Below are positions 36,421 to 49,412 of a DNA stretch of 64,000 bases, piece by piece (the stretch's first letter is position 1; each line of letters starts with the position of its first letter). The stretch is from Heptranchias perlo (taxonomy: Eukaryota), in the NCBI RefSeq assembly GCF_035084215.1, contig NC_090331.1, positions 72,788,001-72,852,000 on the forward strand, written 5' to 3'. The notes below the pieces were generated by a model. It was not told the DNA's origin. It searched no databases and was given only the letters and a program-made list of their open reading frames with translations. The translations under genes were made by a program, and so were the position numbers.

Positions 36421-39400
36421 TTTTTTTTATTCGTTCATGGGATGTGGGCGTCGCTGGCAAGGCCAGCATTTATTGCCCATCCCTAATTGCCCTTGAGAAG
36501 GTGGCGGTGAGCCGCCTTCTTGAACTGCTGCAGTCCGTGTGGTGAAGGTTCTCCCACAGTGCTGTTAAGTAGGGAGTTCCAGGATTTTGACCCAGTGACG
36601 ATGAAGAAACGGCAATATATTTCCAAGTCAGGATGGTGCATGACTTGGAGGGGAACGTGCAGGTGGTGTTGTTCCCATGTGCCTGCTGCCCTTGTCCTTC
36701 TAGGTGGTAGAGGTCGTGGGTTTGGGAGGTGCTGTCGAAGAAGCCTTGGCGAGTTGCTGCAGTGCATCCTGTGGATGGTACACACTGCAGCCACGGTGCG
36801 CCAGTGGTGAAGGGAGTGAATGTTTAGGGTGGTGGATGGGGTGCCAATCAAGCGGGCTGTTTTGTCCTGGATTGTGTCGAGCTTCTTGAGTGTTGTTGGA
36901 GCTGCACTCATCCAGGCAAATGGAGAGTATTCCATCACACTCCTGACTGTGCCTTGCAGATGGTGGAAAGGCTTTGGGGAGTCAGGAGGTGAGTCACTCA
37001 CCGCAGAATACCCAGCCTCTGACCTGCTCTTGTAGCCACAGTATTTATGTGGCTGGTCCAGTTAAGTTTCTGGTCAATGGTGACCCTCAGGATGTTGATG
37101 GTGGGGGATTCGGTGATGGTAATGCCGTTGAATGTCAAGGGGAGGTGGTTAGACTCTCTCTTGTTGGAGATGGTCATTGCCTGGCACTTGCCTGGTGCAA
37201 ATGTTACTTGCCACTTATCAGCCCAATCCTGGATGTTGTCCAGGTCTTGCTGCATGCGGGCATGGAATGCATCATTATCTGAGGGGTTGTGAATGGAACT
37301 GAACACTGTGCAATCATCAGCGAACATCCCCATTTCTGACCTTATGATGGAGGGAAGGTCATTGATGAAGCAGCTGAAGATGGTTGGGCCTAGGACACTG
37401 CCCTGAGGAACTCCTGCAGCAATGTCCTGGGGCTGAGATGATTGGCCTCCAACAACCACTACCATCTTCCTTTGTGCTAGGTATGACTCCAGCCACTGGA
37501 GAGTTTTCCCCCTGATTCCCATTGACTTCAATTTTACTAGGGCTCCTTGGTGCCACACTCAGTCAAATGCTGCCTTAATGTTAAGGGTCGTCACTCTTAC
37601 CTCACCTCTGGAATTCAGCTCTTTTGTCCATGGTCGGACCAAGGCTGTAATGAGGTCTGGAGCCGAGTGGTCCTGGCGGAACCCAAGCTGAGCATCGGTG
37701 AGCAGGTTATTGGTGAGTAAGTGCCACTTGATAGCACTGTCGATAACACCTTCCATCACTTTGCTGATGATTGAGAGTAGACTGATGGGGCGATAATTGG
37801 CCGGATTGGATTTGTCCTGCTTTTTGTGGACAGGACATACCTGGGCAATTTTCCACATTGTCGGGTGGATGCCAGTGTTGTAGCTGTACTGGAACAGCTT
37901 GGCTAGAGGCGCAGCTAGTTCTGGCGCACAAGACTTCAGCACTACAGCCAGGATGTTGTCAGGGCCCAAAGCCTTTGCTGTATCCAGTGCACTCAGCCGT
38001 TTCTTGATATCACGTGGAGTGAATCAAATTGGCTGGAGACTGGCTTCTGTGATGGTGGGGATATTGGGAGGAGGCCGAGATGGATCATCCACTCGGCACT
38101 TGTGGCTGAAGATGGTTGCAAATGCTTCAGACTTGTCTTTTGGACTCACGTGCTGGACTCCGCCATCAATGAGGATGGGGATGTTTGCAGAGCCTCCTCC
38201 TCCCGTTAGTTGTTTAATTGTCCACCACCATTCACGACTGGCTGTGGCAGGACTGCAGAGCTTTGATCTGATCCGTTGGTTGTGGAATCGCTTCGCTCTG
38301 TCTATAGCATTTTGCTTCCGTTGTTTAGCATGCATGTAGTCCTGAGTTGTAGCTTCACCAGGTTGGCACCTCATTTTTAGGTACGCCTGGTGCTGTTCCT
38401 GGCATGCTCTTCTACACTCCTCATTGAACCAGGGTTGATCCCCTGGCTTGTTGGTAATGGTAGAGTGAGGAATATGCCAGGCCATGAGGTTACAGATTGT
38501 GCTGGAATACAATTCTGCTGCTGCTGATGGCCCACAGTGCCTCATGGATGCCCAGTTTTGAGCTGCTAGATCTGTTCTGAATCTATTCCATTTAGCACGG
38601 TGGTAGTGCCACACAACACGTTGGATGGTGTCCTCAGTGCGAAGACGGAACTTCGTCTCCACAAGGATTGTGCGGTGGTCACTCCTACCAATACTGTCAT
38701 AGACAGATGCATTTGCGACAGGTAGATTGGTGAGGACAATGTCAAGTAAGTTTTTCCCTCGTGTTGGTTCGCTCACTACCTGCCGCAGGCCCAGTCTGGC
38801 AGCTATGTCCTTCAGGACTCGACCAACTCGGTCAGTAGTGGTGCTACCGAGCCACTCTTGGTGATGGACATTGAAGTCCCCCACCCAGAGTACATTTTGT
38901 GCCCTTGCTACCCTCAGTGCTTCCTCCAAGTGGTGTTCAACATGGAGGAGGACTGATTCATCAGCTGAGGGAGAACGGTAGGTGGTAATCAGCAGGAGGT
39001 TTCTTTGCCCATGTTTGACCTGATGCCATGAGATTTCATGGGGTCCAGAGTCAATGTTGAGAACTCCCAGGGCCACTCCCTCCTGACTGTATATCACTGT
39101 ACCGCCACCTCTGGTGGGTCTGCCCTGCCGGTGGGACAGGACATACCCAGGGATGGTGATGGAGGAGTCTGGGATGTTGGCTGAAAGGTATGATTCTGTG
39201 AGTATGGCTATGTCAGGCTTTTGCTTGACTAGTCTGTTGGACAGCTCTCTCAATTTGCACAAGTCCCCAGATGTTAGTGAGGAGGACTTTGCAGGGCTTG
39301 GTTTGCCGTTGTCGTGTCCGGTGCCTAGTGGTCCGATGCTGGGTGGTCCGTCCGGTTTTATTCTTATTATGACTTTTCGTAGCGAGATTTTACAACTGAG

Positions 39401-39530
39401 TGGCTTGCTAGGCCATTTCAGAGGGCAATTAAGAATCAACCACATTGCTGTGGGTCTGGAGTCACATATAGGCCAGACCGGGTAAGGATGGCAGGTTTCT
39501 TTCCCTAAAGGACGTTAGTGAACCAGATGT
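36421..39530 (-). mobile_element. Near-complete ORF2 of a Jockey-group (CR1/L2-related) LINE, with stops and frameshifts
   Basis: AP endonuclease (PDIAILTESYL, VGDFNVHH, LLDIVLTN, GRSDH) and RT (GVPQGSVLGP, MFADD) across ORFs 38024-39445, 37559-37969, 36998-37558, 36483-37001; poly(A) at 36421. Confidence 0.95.
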
Positions 39531-42500
39531 TGAAGTATAGCAACTGTTTTGGAGGAAATCGCCTGAGAACTAGCAAACGGTGGGCATTGCATTGTGAACA
39601 ATTGGAATCACATCAGAGGATAAGTAACTAGGGTCCTTCTCCTGTCCTGGGAAAGCTCTACCATCAAAATAATGATGGTTAATAAAACAGGAGTAAAAAT
39701 GTTATCATGACTTTTGTTTCAGTATAACCTGTGAAAAAATGATAAGGCATAGATGCTATTCGCTCTGAAATTTCTTGGTGAACAGCCCCACCTTTGACTC
39801 TGCCTTCTCCACGGCTGTTCATCCAGCCCTTTGAAGCTTGGGACTTGGGTCTGGGAATGCGACTGATTGTAATTTTAAACTACTTGCTGCATGAATATGA
39901 ACAGGTTATTGAAATCATATTTTAACATTGTCAGCCAAAGAATCGCAGGTAACATTGACAAGGATAAACCTGGTTGCAATATCTTTAGCCACGTCAATCA
40001 AAGTTAGATTGACACCTCTGCCTTAAAATAAGCTGAGGTGCATGAATATTACCGTCAGTTGCATTATAAGATTATATTTGCTGCCAGCAGAGCATGTGAC
40101 TGATTAAATAACTCATTTCCATTTGCTTAAATTGTGCTACAACCATTTACTGCACTCTAAACAAGAATGGTGAGCGAAAGAGTTGCAGCAAATATGAAAA
40201 CAAAACTATTTGAAGGATTCCTGCCCAGAAAGTGAGAAAGAAACCTTCCTTAGTTATGAGGAGTGATTCGCTCATTGAAGAAGATTGAAGGGAACATGAT
40301 CCAAGTCTTTACTGCCAAGAGCACAAATTATGTGGATATAAGGAGGCAATTTAATTTGGATTGAATAAACATAAAGAATATGGGATTAAAATGATAAAAA
40401 CCTCAATTGTGACTGGAGATTAGAATTATTTTTCATCTGGAAATGTGGAACAGACTCTCAGCAAAAAAAAACAGTTAATGCTCATCAAATAACTCCTTTA
40501 AAAGAGATGGATAAATATCTGGTTGAAGATTTTTTGGAAAAGTGTAGACTGAGATGATCAGATATTCTACATGATGGTTCCTGTGCTACTGAGGTCGAGT
40601 GGGAGGGGGAGTTGTTTACAGAGGCCAGCAGGCTAGAGTTGAATAGTGGAGGTGTGGGAAAAGATATATATTCTGGAGTTTTGATTGTTTGCTTTTGGCG
40701 ATGAGGGATTATTTGTGCTGCAAGTTTAATATGTGGAATACAGTCACAATAGGATACATTTTATTTGGTTCAGTTGTACTGGGTTTGATGAATCAAGTGG
40801 CCTGAAGAGTTTCTGCTTTGTGTATCCAAACTGAGAAAGAAATTACCAAAATATTTCCAGTTTTAATATTTAATCCCACGATACCCAATATTTATCAGTG
40901 CATAGATGTGTGCCGGCACATTGCTTAAATATATCTAGCCCTCGATGTTAAAACTTTAAAAATCTCTCTTCTTTAGCTGTGGCAACCTTATTTCACCTCA
41001 TCAGAATTCATATGATCAGAGAGAAAATCTGTCAAAAGCTTGTAAGCAACACATTCCAACAAATCCAGTCAGGATCATTCAGTGTCAAGACAACCAACAT
41101 TGCGTTTTGACTGTTGCATCTTTACATAAGATTATAGAAGGTTGAATAGCACACGCAAATATTTAAGCTGAAAATTATAAAAATGGGTAAACATAGACCA
41201 ATGAATTCCAGCAGGAAAGACTGATGAAAAGGCTGAAATATCACCACAATCCAGGCATAACCTGTTCATCATCAAGCTGACACTTGCTTTACCCTCCTAC
41301 TCCCCCTAGTGACTTTATATCTAAAAGCCAAGACATCTTTTGCAAACAGTACACAATTCACCACTTTATCCACACATCTATCTTTTTTGCTAAAATTAGC
41401 AAACAGAGGAAAATATAGCCACTTGAGTCTGAAAAACAAACCCATGTTCATGTGCAGACAAACCACAAAAAGGTAAGTAATTCTAACTCAGTTATCCTGC
41501 AATTTGTAAGTATTGTCCCATTTTGTGGAATTAGGAACTAGCTTGTTTTTAAACCAACATATTTTTATAATATTTATTATATGTTCCCCAATTTTCATAA
41601 TATGTTACTTCTTCAAATGTCTGCCTGATCCAACTGGGAGTAGGAAGAACATGGAGGGTGGAAATACTGGTGGAGTGTGCTACACAGATAGAAGGCCTTA
41701 ATGAATCAGTTCGATAGAAAGATATGGACTTCACAATGCGTCGCCCAATTGAAGACAGGACAGCAAGTGTAGACGTGTTCATGCCAGATTTCTATAAACT
41801 GAACTTGGCAAGTGGGGATGGTGAAGTAAAGGAGGCAGCAGTAGCCCTGGTAAACGGTGCCTGAGACCACCAATTTGCCTTAGAGCCACACTTCAGAGGC
41901 TGGTGACTAGGATTCTGTTTGAGGCATGCATATCTCAGTATTCCAAAGTACAATTATGACTTCTATCCACAAGAAGGTTGAGGGTGGGGGGGGTGTCGTA
42001 GTGAGCTAGAAATCTACAGAAGAATTTTGGCTGAAATCAGTGGCTCTTCAATTGGTTATTTGGGTTATTGCGCCATGTATATCAAATGCTCTGGGGGTCT
42101 GCAGAAAGGATTTAGCTCTTGTAAGGAATGTATAGGTCAGGTTTTGCTGTTATTTGAGATTAGAGTGTTGTACGCCTCAGAGGAAACTCCACTTACAATA
42201 TTTCATTGGCTTTCGAATGGCCTTTGACTTAGTGCCTCATGCCGCCCTCATGAGAAAGCTGGAAGCTGTGGAAATACATCATCAAAATTGTCGCAAAGTT
42301 GTGAATGAGTCATGGTTAACCTCCCAAATTAATACAGAAATCATTTCATAGCTGACCACAATGCCTATTTTTAAGAAATATCACATTCAATATAGAGTAG
42401 GATATAATTTTGTTAAGTACATTATTGATTTTAATAGGATTAATTTTGTGGGCAAAGAATTCTCCATTTCTCCACACGATGCCATCTTAGATGTTTTTTA

Positions 42501-42564
42501 CTGCAGCCCACAACTGCTTGGTCACCATTTCTAAGTGCTCCCAGCAGCAATTGAAGTTTTCCAC

Positions 42565-42605
42565 ATTCACCTGAGGAAGGAGGAAGCCTCCGAAAGCTTG
42601 TGAAT
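42565..42605 (+). ncRNA. Minimal type I hammerhead ribozyme
   Basis: ATTCAC-CTGAGGA-A-GGAGG-AAG-CCTCC-GAAA-GCT-T-GTGAAT: paired stems I and II, CUGANGA and GAAA cores, palindromic AGCU stem III. Confidence 0.75.
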
Positions 42606-42657
42606 TTCAAATAAAATTGCTGGACTATAACTTGGTGTTGTAAAATTGTTTACAATT
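42565..42657 (+). mobile_element. Penelope-like terminal-repeat mini-insertion (forward part only)
   Basis: Almost identical to 48451-48540; imperfect flanking repeat CAATTGAAGTT / CAATTAAAATT. Confidence 0.75.
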
Positions 42658-43299
42658 AAAATTAAAGGCAGCCATGCATCCTGAAATGTTATATTTCGAG
42701 CATTCATCGCAGAGATGATTTAAATTTCGAGCTTTGAGTGTTTGCAGGGGACTTCTAAAAAAAATTTGCTCAGAGGCATTCTCCTTTCATTGTCTTCTCC
42801 TGCCTGGCCTACTCTTTGACTCAACAACATGGCTGAAATCAGGAACTTACTGTATGCAGAACTCTGGGATGTTTCAAAAAGACAGTTTAACAAAAATTTG
42901 GAACAATCTGATGTGTGACCGGCCTCTGAATGATGTGTAATCATCTGTACATGTTATGATGTGATTTTATTGTAAAATTTGATTGATGTCAGTATGCAGC
43001 TGCTAATATCAATGATTTCTCATAGACTAGATTGTTGTTGCAACTGGATCAGTTTTTGCAACTAGATCAGAAGTAGATTGTCTAATACAGCACCAGCACC
43101 ACTAATTAAATAAATTAGTGCCATTTGGGTGGGTCAAGATTCAATGAAACTGTAGAATAAGGTCTAAATACAGCACTTAAAGCACAGCTAGAAATATTGA
43201 GAAATATTTGCATTACTTTCTAAAGAAGAATGGAAGACTCATAACTAAAGTGATCAAAACCGTGTTTATTTCTGAATTAACATGGAGGTTTTAAAATAT

Positions 43300-43575
43300 T
43301 TAGAAATCCATTACACGGCGGAAAGATCCGATAGTTGGACAAGTTGCGCCCCAGTCACTGAATCTCCTGTATTCACCAGGTCTCATGAAGTACTGTTGGC
43401 CTCTGTAGTTGGGTTGTTCATAGAAGGTCCAGTAACCGTCCGTCACATGGCAGGAGTGAATGTCACGGTAGCGGAAACGATCGTAGACAGATGGACAGTC
43501 ATCCGTGAATTCCATCATCTGTCCTCCAAAGTCAGGCCTCTCGTAAATCTTCATTCTGTAGGATCCATCGCTAGG
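43300..43575 (-). CDS. Gene 5 exon 3
   Basis: [27 protein letters not shown]...GSFRRVMDF*. Confidence 0.93.
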   Translation of the reverse strand, partial: PSDGSYRMKIYERPDFGGQMMEFTDDCPSVYDRFRYRDIHSCHVTDGYWTFYEQPNYRGQQYFMRPGEYRRFSDWGATCPTIGSFRRVMDF

Positions 43576-44835
43576 CTATAAAATTTAGAAAATCATTAAA
43601 CTCTTACTACTATAAGTAAATACATCTATATGTAAATATGAGAAATGTAAAACCCATAAAAACAATAATTCTGTGAATGGAGATTCCCTGTATTTATTAA
43701 CATGCTTTTTTGTTATGTTTATATACAATTCTATCTGGTCCCACTTATATCTAAATGAAATATTTATAATAAAATGATAACCACTCACTGAAATCTACAC
43801 CGACATAAATATCCACTTTACTTGTGAATAACATGTTGTATTTGAAGTGAAATCTGAATAGTTCTGTAAGTGATGTTATAGGTTCCTAATTGCTTCCCAG
43901 GAATGAATTATGAATCTTTGCAATTTTTGTTGCTTCTTCTATTCCAAATAAAGATACATAAGAAGCCACAGCTAGATCAGTGTTACAGTACTGTATGTGT
44001 ATCTCTGCACATATAGTACTGTAACATTATTATACTGTAATACAACATGGAAGCACTCCCTTACAGTTTATATACTTATAATCACTACCTATATCAAAAT
44101 ACCTCATTTCACTTGCCTATTTCAGTGTAGTTAATACAGTGCTGTACAGGGCTTCCCATTACTGTATATGACATACAGTTCCAGTTATTTTTCTATTGCA
44201 CCATAAGATTCTGTTGTTTTAATTTACATCTAAATTAGATTATCTATAAATATAGTAAAATAACATGGAAGCTGTAACTAAAGATATCACAGGCTGTAGA
44301 TTGTTTAGACAATTGAGTTATTAGTTTGGCCAGTGACTTCAGGTCTAAATTCAATTCCTTCAGTGTTTTGTAACTATCCATCACTTTGCTGGACTCTACA
44401 TCCTGATATAAATCAGTCATTATCAAATTATTATACTAAAGATGAAATTCACAAAATAGAGAAAGATTTGCAAATCATTAAAGAAGTTATAGCTTACATA
44501 TGAGTATGTGCGACATGACCTGATGCTGTCATTGAATCCCATCCAACGTTGGTAGTCAGGATATTCACCCTTGGTCAGAACATACTGGTATCCCATGTAA
44601 TTGGGTTTCTCATACATCACCCAGCAGTCACTCTCAACACGGATGGAGTTGCAGCGACTGAAGTAAGAGTGCAGGTCAGCACAGTCAGTACTGCACTCAT
44701 GGTGCCGACCCTGGAAGTTCCTGTCCTCGTAAAAAGTGACCTGTGGAAAATAGATACATGTTAGCTGGAACTGCACACATTCAGAGATGTTCATTTAAAA
44801 AAAAATCCAACATGAATTTGTTTTACCTTTCCCAT
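43300..44835 (-). CDS. Gamma-crystallin gene 5, intact; exons 44827-44835, 44498-44740, 43300-43575; 175 aa
   Basis: ATG GGA AAG|gt; GT-AG introns; exons 9/243/276 nt and open; TATA 44906-44911; AATAAA 43265-43270. Confidence 0.94.
44498..44740 (-). CDS. Gene 5 exon 2
   Basis: [20 protein letters not shown]...RSCRTYSY|gtaagc. Confidence 0.93.
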
Positions 44836-46074
44836 TTTGTCTGATTGGAGTGGATCCGAAAATGTCTCTTCGGTAGACTTCACTCACAGCAGAGTAACGG
44901 CTTCTTTTATACAACTCAATTAATAAGGTCCCAGTGACGCTCCATTGTTATTATAAAATCTTTCCTTTATGTGACCAGTGCAGTATACTTTCAAAACAAG
45001 AAAAAAAATCCTGATTCATCACCAGTATCACAAATTTTTGTTGCTTTGTGTTTTATCATTTCTGTCAAAAGAAGCTTTTTGTTTTGGCCTACGTACAACA
45101 GCACATTAATCTCTTGAACAAAAGGAATTCTGAATCAACAGTGTGTAACAACTGGGATTAGCAGTGTCTGGTCTGAATGAAAGCATTCAATCATACTGTA
45201 ATTTGTTTTAAAGGGGCAGTGGCCTTATGAAATAAATGCTTGGCAAACCATTTTCTCATTTGTTTTCAAAACACATCATACCGTGTAATGTAATGGGACA
45301 ACAAGGAAATTAAAATAATGGATCCTTCTTAATCCTCAACTCACCTCACCTCCCCAACCCCACCCTCCAAAAAAAAGGTGCCAGAGCCACCTTTATGAAG
45401 ACGAAACCGCTGCAAATTACTTTTATTGCAGAGTTAGAGTTACTCAATTCTATAACATTTCTTGAAGAGATACAAGATATATTCTATAAAATTGTCCAAC
45501 TATGTTCAGTATCTCTTCATTATTTGTTACAATTATTGTATTTAATTATGTTTGAATGACTTAAGACACATTTAAGTTGATGTCCTGGAAACCAGTGCTC
45601 AAATGGAGACCCTCAGTCTCCATGCACTTCTCTCCCTTATTTGCCTTTATTCCTGCCAAAGCTCCAAGTCAAGGCTTGTTGGTGGCTGGACACCCACAAT
45701 TGATCACTGTAAGGCACTGGCTTTGTGCATTTAGAGTTAAGTGGAAATCTGGTCGCAAAATAAAAATCCGTTTCACAGGACTGTTAACAATACTTGCATA
45801 ATTGGCATAAATTTTGAAAATTGGCTGCTATCATTGAAAATGAGATCATGTTAACTTTTTATTATAACTTTTCCCCATTTGCCACTATACTTTTCCTTGT
45901 AGACGGTCCTGGTTGTCCATTAAGGAAGGTTAATCTGAAGCTGCAGTAGTCTCAGAGCCGCCGGTGGCAATTCTCAGGAGCAGCAGTAACTATTTTGGAG
46001 GATAAGCCAAAACACACCCACTTTTTCCATCCCAGTGAAATGCACATTTTGGGCCTCCACACAGGCTTCCCCAT

Positions 46075-46172
46075 CATAGGAACATAGAAACAGGAGTAGG
46101 ACATTCAGATCCTCGAGCCTGTTCCACCATTCAATTAGATCATGACTGATCTGTATCTTAACTCCATTTGCC
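46075..46172 (-). mobile_element. CR1 3' tail fragment
   Basis: CATAGGAACATAGAAACAGGAGTAGG.CATTCAG...; same tail type as at 51889. Confidence 0.7.
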
Positions 46173-48383
46173 ACCAGGGCGGCTAAGAACAGACACAACA
46201 CAACGGAAGCATCAGAGCCACAATGACGAGAATCTCTGGGACTTAAACTTATTCACTGGTTGGGAGTCAAGCTGTCTCCAATACCAGAGTCCATTAAAGG
46301 GGCAAAAAATGAACTCTCTCAAATTATAACATTATAAACAAACTTCAGCTTCTGTCAGCCCTTTTTATCATCACTCCCAGTGACAGGGAAGCCGATATTT
46401 TTATTCATGTGAGAACTGCTAATCACAAAAACAACTTGCTGACTGAAACCGCCCCACAAAGGACCGTGGCTGGAAAATAAGACCAACAAATGTAAAGACA
46501 AACTAAAGTGACTGGAATATTTTATAAATAATAGCAGGTAGGAGGGAATGATTTTTCAAGATTATAACCTGAGATTGGAGTTTGTATAACATTTATAAAC
46601 CACTCTTTATGAGTTTCGATTTTAGCTATATGACTTGACAATGACAGAGCCTTGTACTCACTCACTGGCATGCAGTGATCTGCACGCAACCAACAGCACC
46701 ACAGTAATGATTAACTGCATTTAGAATTAAGTAAATGTTGCAATACAAGATATCTTTTAAAAGGAGCTGTATGCCACAAGCAAAATCACAAAAAATGATT
46801 TATATCCAAACTATAGCTATTTAAGTCCAGGTGCTGCCAGGACAATTTCTTAAAAAAAAATGTATACTTTTTCTTTTAAAGAGATATTGATTTAATCTCT
46901 CTCTCTCTCACATTGGCAGGACTGGCAATTTTGAATCAGATCTCCAAACAACTAAGTTATTTAATGAAGCATCACTGTAAATGACTATTTACGTTTAAAA
47001 CCAAATCATGATTTATGGAACTGCATAAATAATGCTGGAAAATACTGAGTGTAAATATTACACTATTATCTTTATTTTTAAGAGCCTCAGTTAGGCTGAA
47101 AAATAAAACAGGACTCCTCTGATTAATTCACATTCCTAAATATGCCCCACGGAACTTATTTCTTCCTATCTCGACTCTTTCTTTTCCCCCTGTCCAGTGT
47201 CTTCCAATCAACATCCGCGACTCTTCCGACGCCCTCCGCCACTTTAACAGTTTCCAGATCCCCGCTCCTAAGCGTCTCCTTTTCACCATGGACTTCCAGT
47301 CCCTCTACACCTCCATCCCCCACCAGGACGGCCTGCGGGCCCTTCGCTTCTCCCTTGAACAAAGGCCTAACCAGTCCACATCCACCACCATCCTCCTCCG
47401 CCTGGCTGAACATTGAACAGCTTCTCCTTTGACTCTACTCACTTCCTCCAAATAAAAGGCGACGCTATGGGAACCTACATGGGTCCTACCTATGCCTGCC
47501 TTTTTGTGGGATACGTGGGACATTCTTTGTTCCAGTCCTACTCAGGTCCCCTCCCTCACCTCTTATTCCGGTACATTGATGTCGGTATCGGTGTCGTTTC
47601 CTGCTCTCGCCCCAACCTGGAAAATTTCACCAACTTCCAATTTCCACCCTTTCCTCGCCTTCACATGGTCCATCTCCAACTCTTCCCTTCCTTTCCTCGA
47701 CTTCTCTATCTCCATTTCTGGGGATGAGCTGTCAACCAATATCTACTATAAATCCACTGACTCCCACAGTCACCCTTGATCACACTTCCTCCCACCCCGC
47801 TTCCTGTAAGGACTCTATTCCCATCTCCCAGTTTCTCCGTCTCCATCACATCTGTTCTGATGATGCCACCTTCCACACTCGCGCTTCCGATATGTCTTCC
47901 TTTTTCCTCAAATGAGGATTCTCCTCCACTGTAGTTGACAGGACCCTTGACCGTGCCCATCTCATTTCCCGCACTTCTGCTCTCACCTCTTCCCCTACCT
48001 CCCAAAACCACGATAGGGTCCCCCTTTTCCCTACCTTCCACCCCACCAGCCTCACATTCAATGGATTCAAATCCTCCGCCATTACTGCCACCTTCAGCAC
48101 GATGCCACCACAAAACACGTCTCCCCCTTCCCTCCCCTACAGTATTCCGAAGGGACCATTCCCTCGGCGACACCCTGGTCCACTCTTCCATCACCCCCAA
48201 CACCCGCTCTCCTTCCCACAGCACCTTCCTGTGCGAACGCAAAACCTGCCCTTTCACCTCCTCCCTTCCCACTGTCCAGGGCCCCAAACACTCCTTCCAG
48301 GTGAAAAAGCAATTTACTTGTACTTCTTTCAATTTAGTATACTGTATTCGCTGCTCACAATGTGGTCTCCTCTACATTGTGGA

Positions 48384-48533
48384 CATGATGTGGAGATGCC
48401 GGTGATGGACTGGGGTTGACAATTGTAACGTTGTTGGAAAATCAACAACGTTCACCTGAGGAAGGAGGAAGCCTCCGAAAGCTTGTGAATTTAAAATAAA
48501 ATTGCTGGACTATAACTTGGTGTTGTAAAATTG
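48384..48533 (+). mobile_element. 150-bp hammerhead-bearing mini-insertion with perfect 13-bp TSD, nested in the GIY-YIG motif
   Basis: TCTACATTGTGGA at 48371-48383 and 48534-48546; starts CATGATGTGGAGATGCCGGTGATGGACTGGGGT exactly as at 34971. Confidence 0.88.
48451..48489 (+). ncRNA. Minimal type I hammerhead ribozyme
   Basis: TTCAC-CTGAGGA-A-GGAGG-AAG-CCTCC-GAAA-GCT-T-GTGAA, identical to 42566-42604. Confidence 0.75.
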
Positions 48534-49072
48534 TCTACATTGTGGAGACCAAATGCAGATTGAGTGATCGCTTTGCTAAACACCCCGCTCAGTCCGCAAG
48601 GTGACCCTGACCTTCTGGTTGCTTGCCATTTTAACTCTCCATCCCACTCCCACTCTGACCTCTCTGTCTTCGGCTTCTTACACTGTTCCAATGAAGCTCA
48701 ACAGAAGCTCGAGGAACAGCACCTCTTCTTTCCTTTAGGCACTTCACAACCTTTTGGACTCAACATTTATTTCAATAACTTCAGTTCATAACCACTGCTC
48801 CCATTTTTTCGGACAGCAGGTGATGGTAATGATTCTGCTGTTGCCATTTACAGCTCCTCTACACCCATCTCTTGTTTATTTACTTGTCCCATTACCTCCC
48901 TCCTTGCCTTGCATCATCATCCCTTCTGTCATTTAATCACTCCTGCCCAATCTTATCACAGACCTTCCCTTTTGTTCTTTCCTCCCCTCCCCTTCCTCCT
49001 CCCCCACCCCCCCCCCAACCTTTTCCCTGGCTCTGAACTTGCTTAAAAACTGTTAAATCTTCAACTTCTTCC

Positions 49073-49109
49073 AGTTCTGACGAACGGTCATCAACCTGAA
49101 ACATTAACT
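49073..49109 (+). ncRNA. Decayed minimal hammerhead ribozyme of the host Penelope-like element
   Basis: AGTT-CTGACGA-ACGGTCATCAACCT-GAAA-CAT-T-AACT: stem I AGTT/AACT, both cores intact, stem II weakened. Confidence 0.6.
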
Positions 49110-49412
49110 CTGTTTCTTTCTCCACAGATGCTGCCTGACTTGCTGAGTATTTCCAGCATCTTCTGTTTTTATTTTTATTTCAGATATCCAGCATCTGCAG
49201 TATTTTGCTTTTGATTTCCTAAATATCAATTGTTTTGTATCTATTATATTACATGGTTTCAACATAAAATATCATTTCAGCTCACTGTAATAAAGGATTG
49301 GTGCCCCAGTCCACATTCTTTTAGCCCAAAGAAGGACTGAAATATCTATAGATCTAATAGGTCAAAAGAGATAAATAACCATGAAAGTTACACCCATACA
49401 AGACAACCCATA

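Larger units (their letters stand above)
47142..49215 (+). mobile_element. Penelope-like retroelement (decayed RT, GIY-YIG endonuclease, 3' terminal repeat)
   Basis: FTMDFQSLYTSIPHQDGL, FLQIKGDAMGTYMGPTYACLFVG, FRYID; NLVYCIRCSQCGLLYI.ETK GIY-YIG; tail CAGATGCTGCCTGACTTGCTGAGTATTTCCAGCA. Confidence 0.9.

Noticed and set aside
41218-41255. CTGATGA...GAAA as another hammerhead
   Set aside because: No convincing stem II or stem I pairing.
1916-44835. Specific gene symbols (crygs, crygm) and a species assignment
   Set aside because: These paralogs cannot be tied to one named ortholog or species without a phylogeny or database search.
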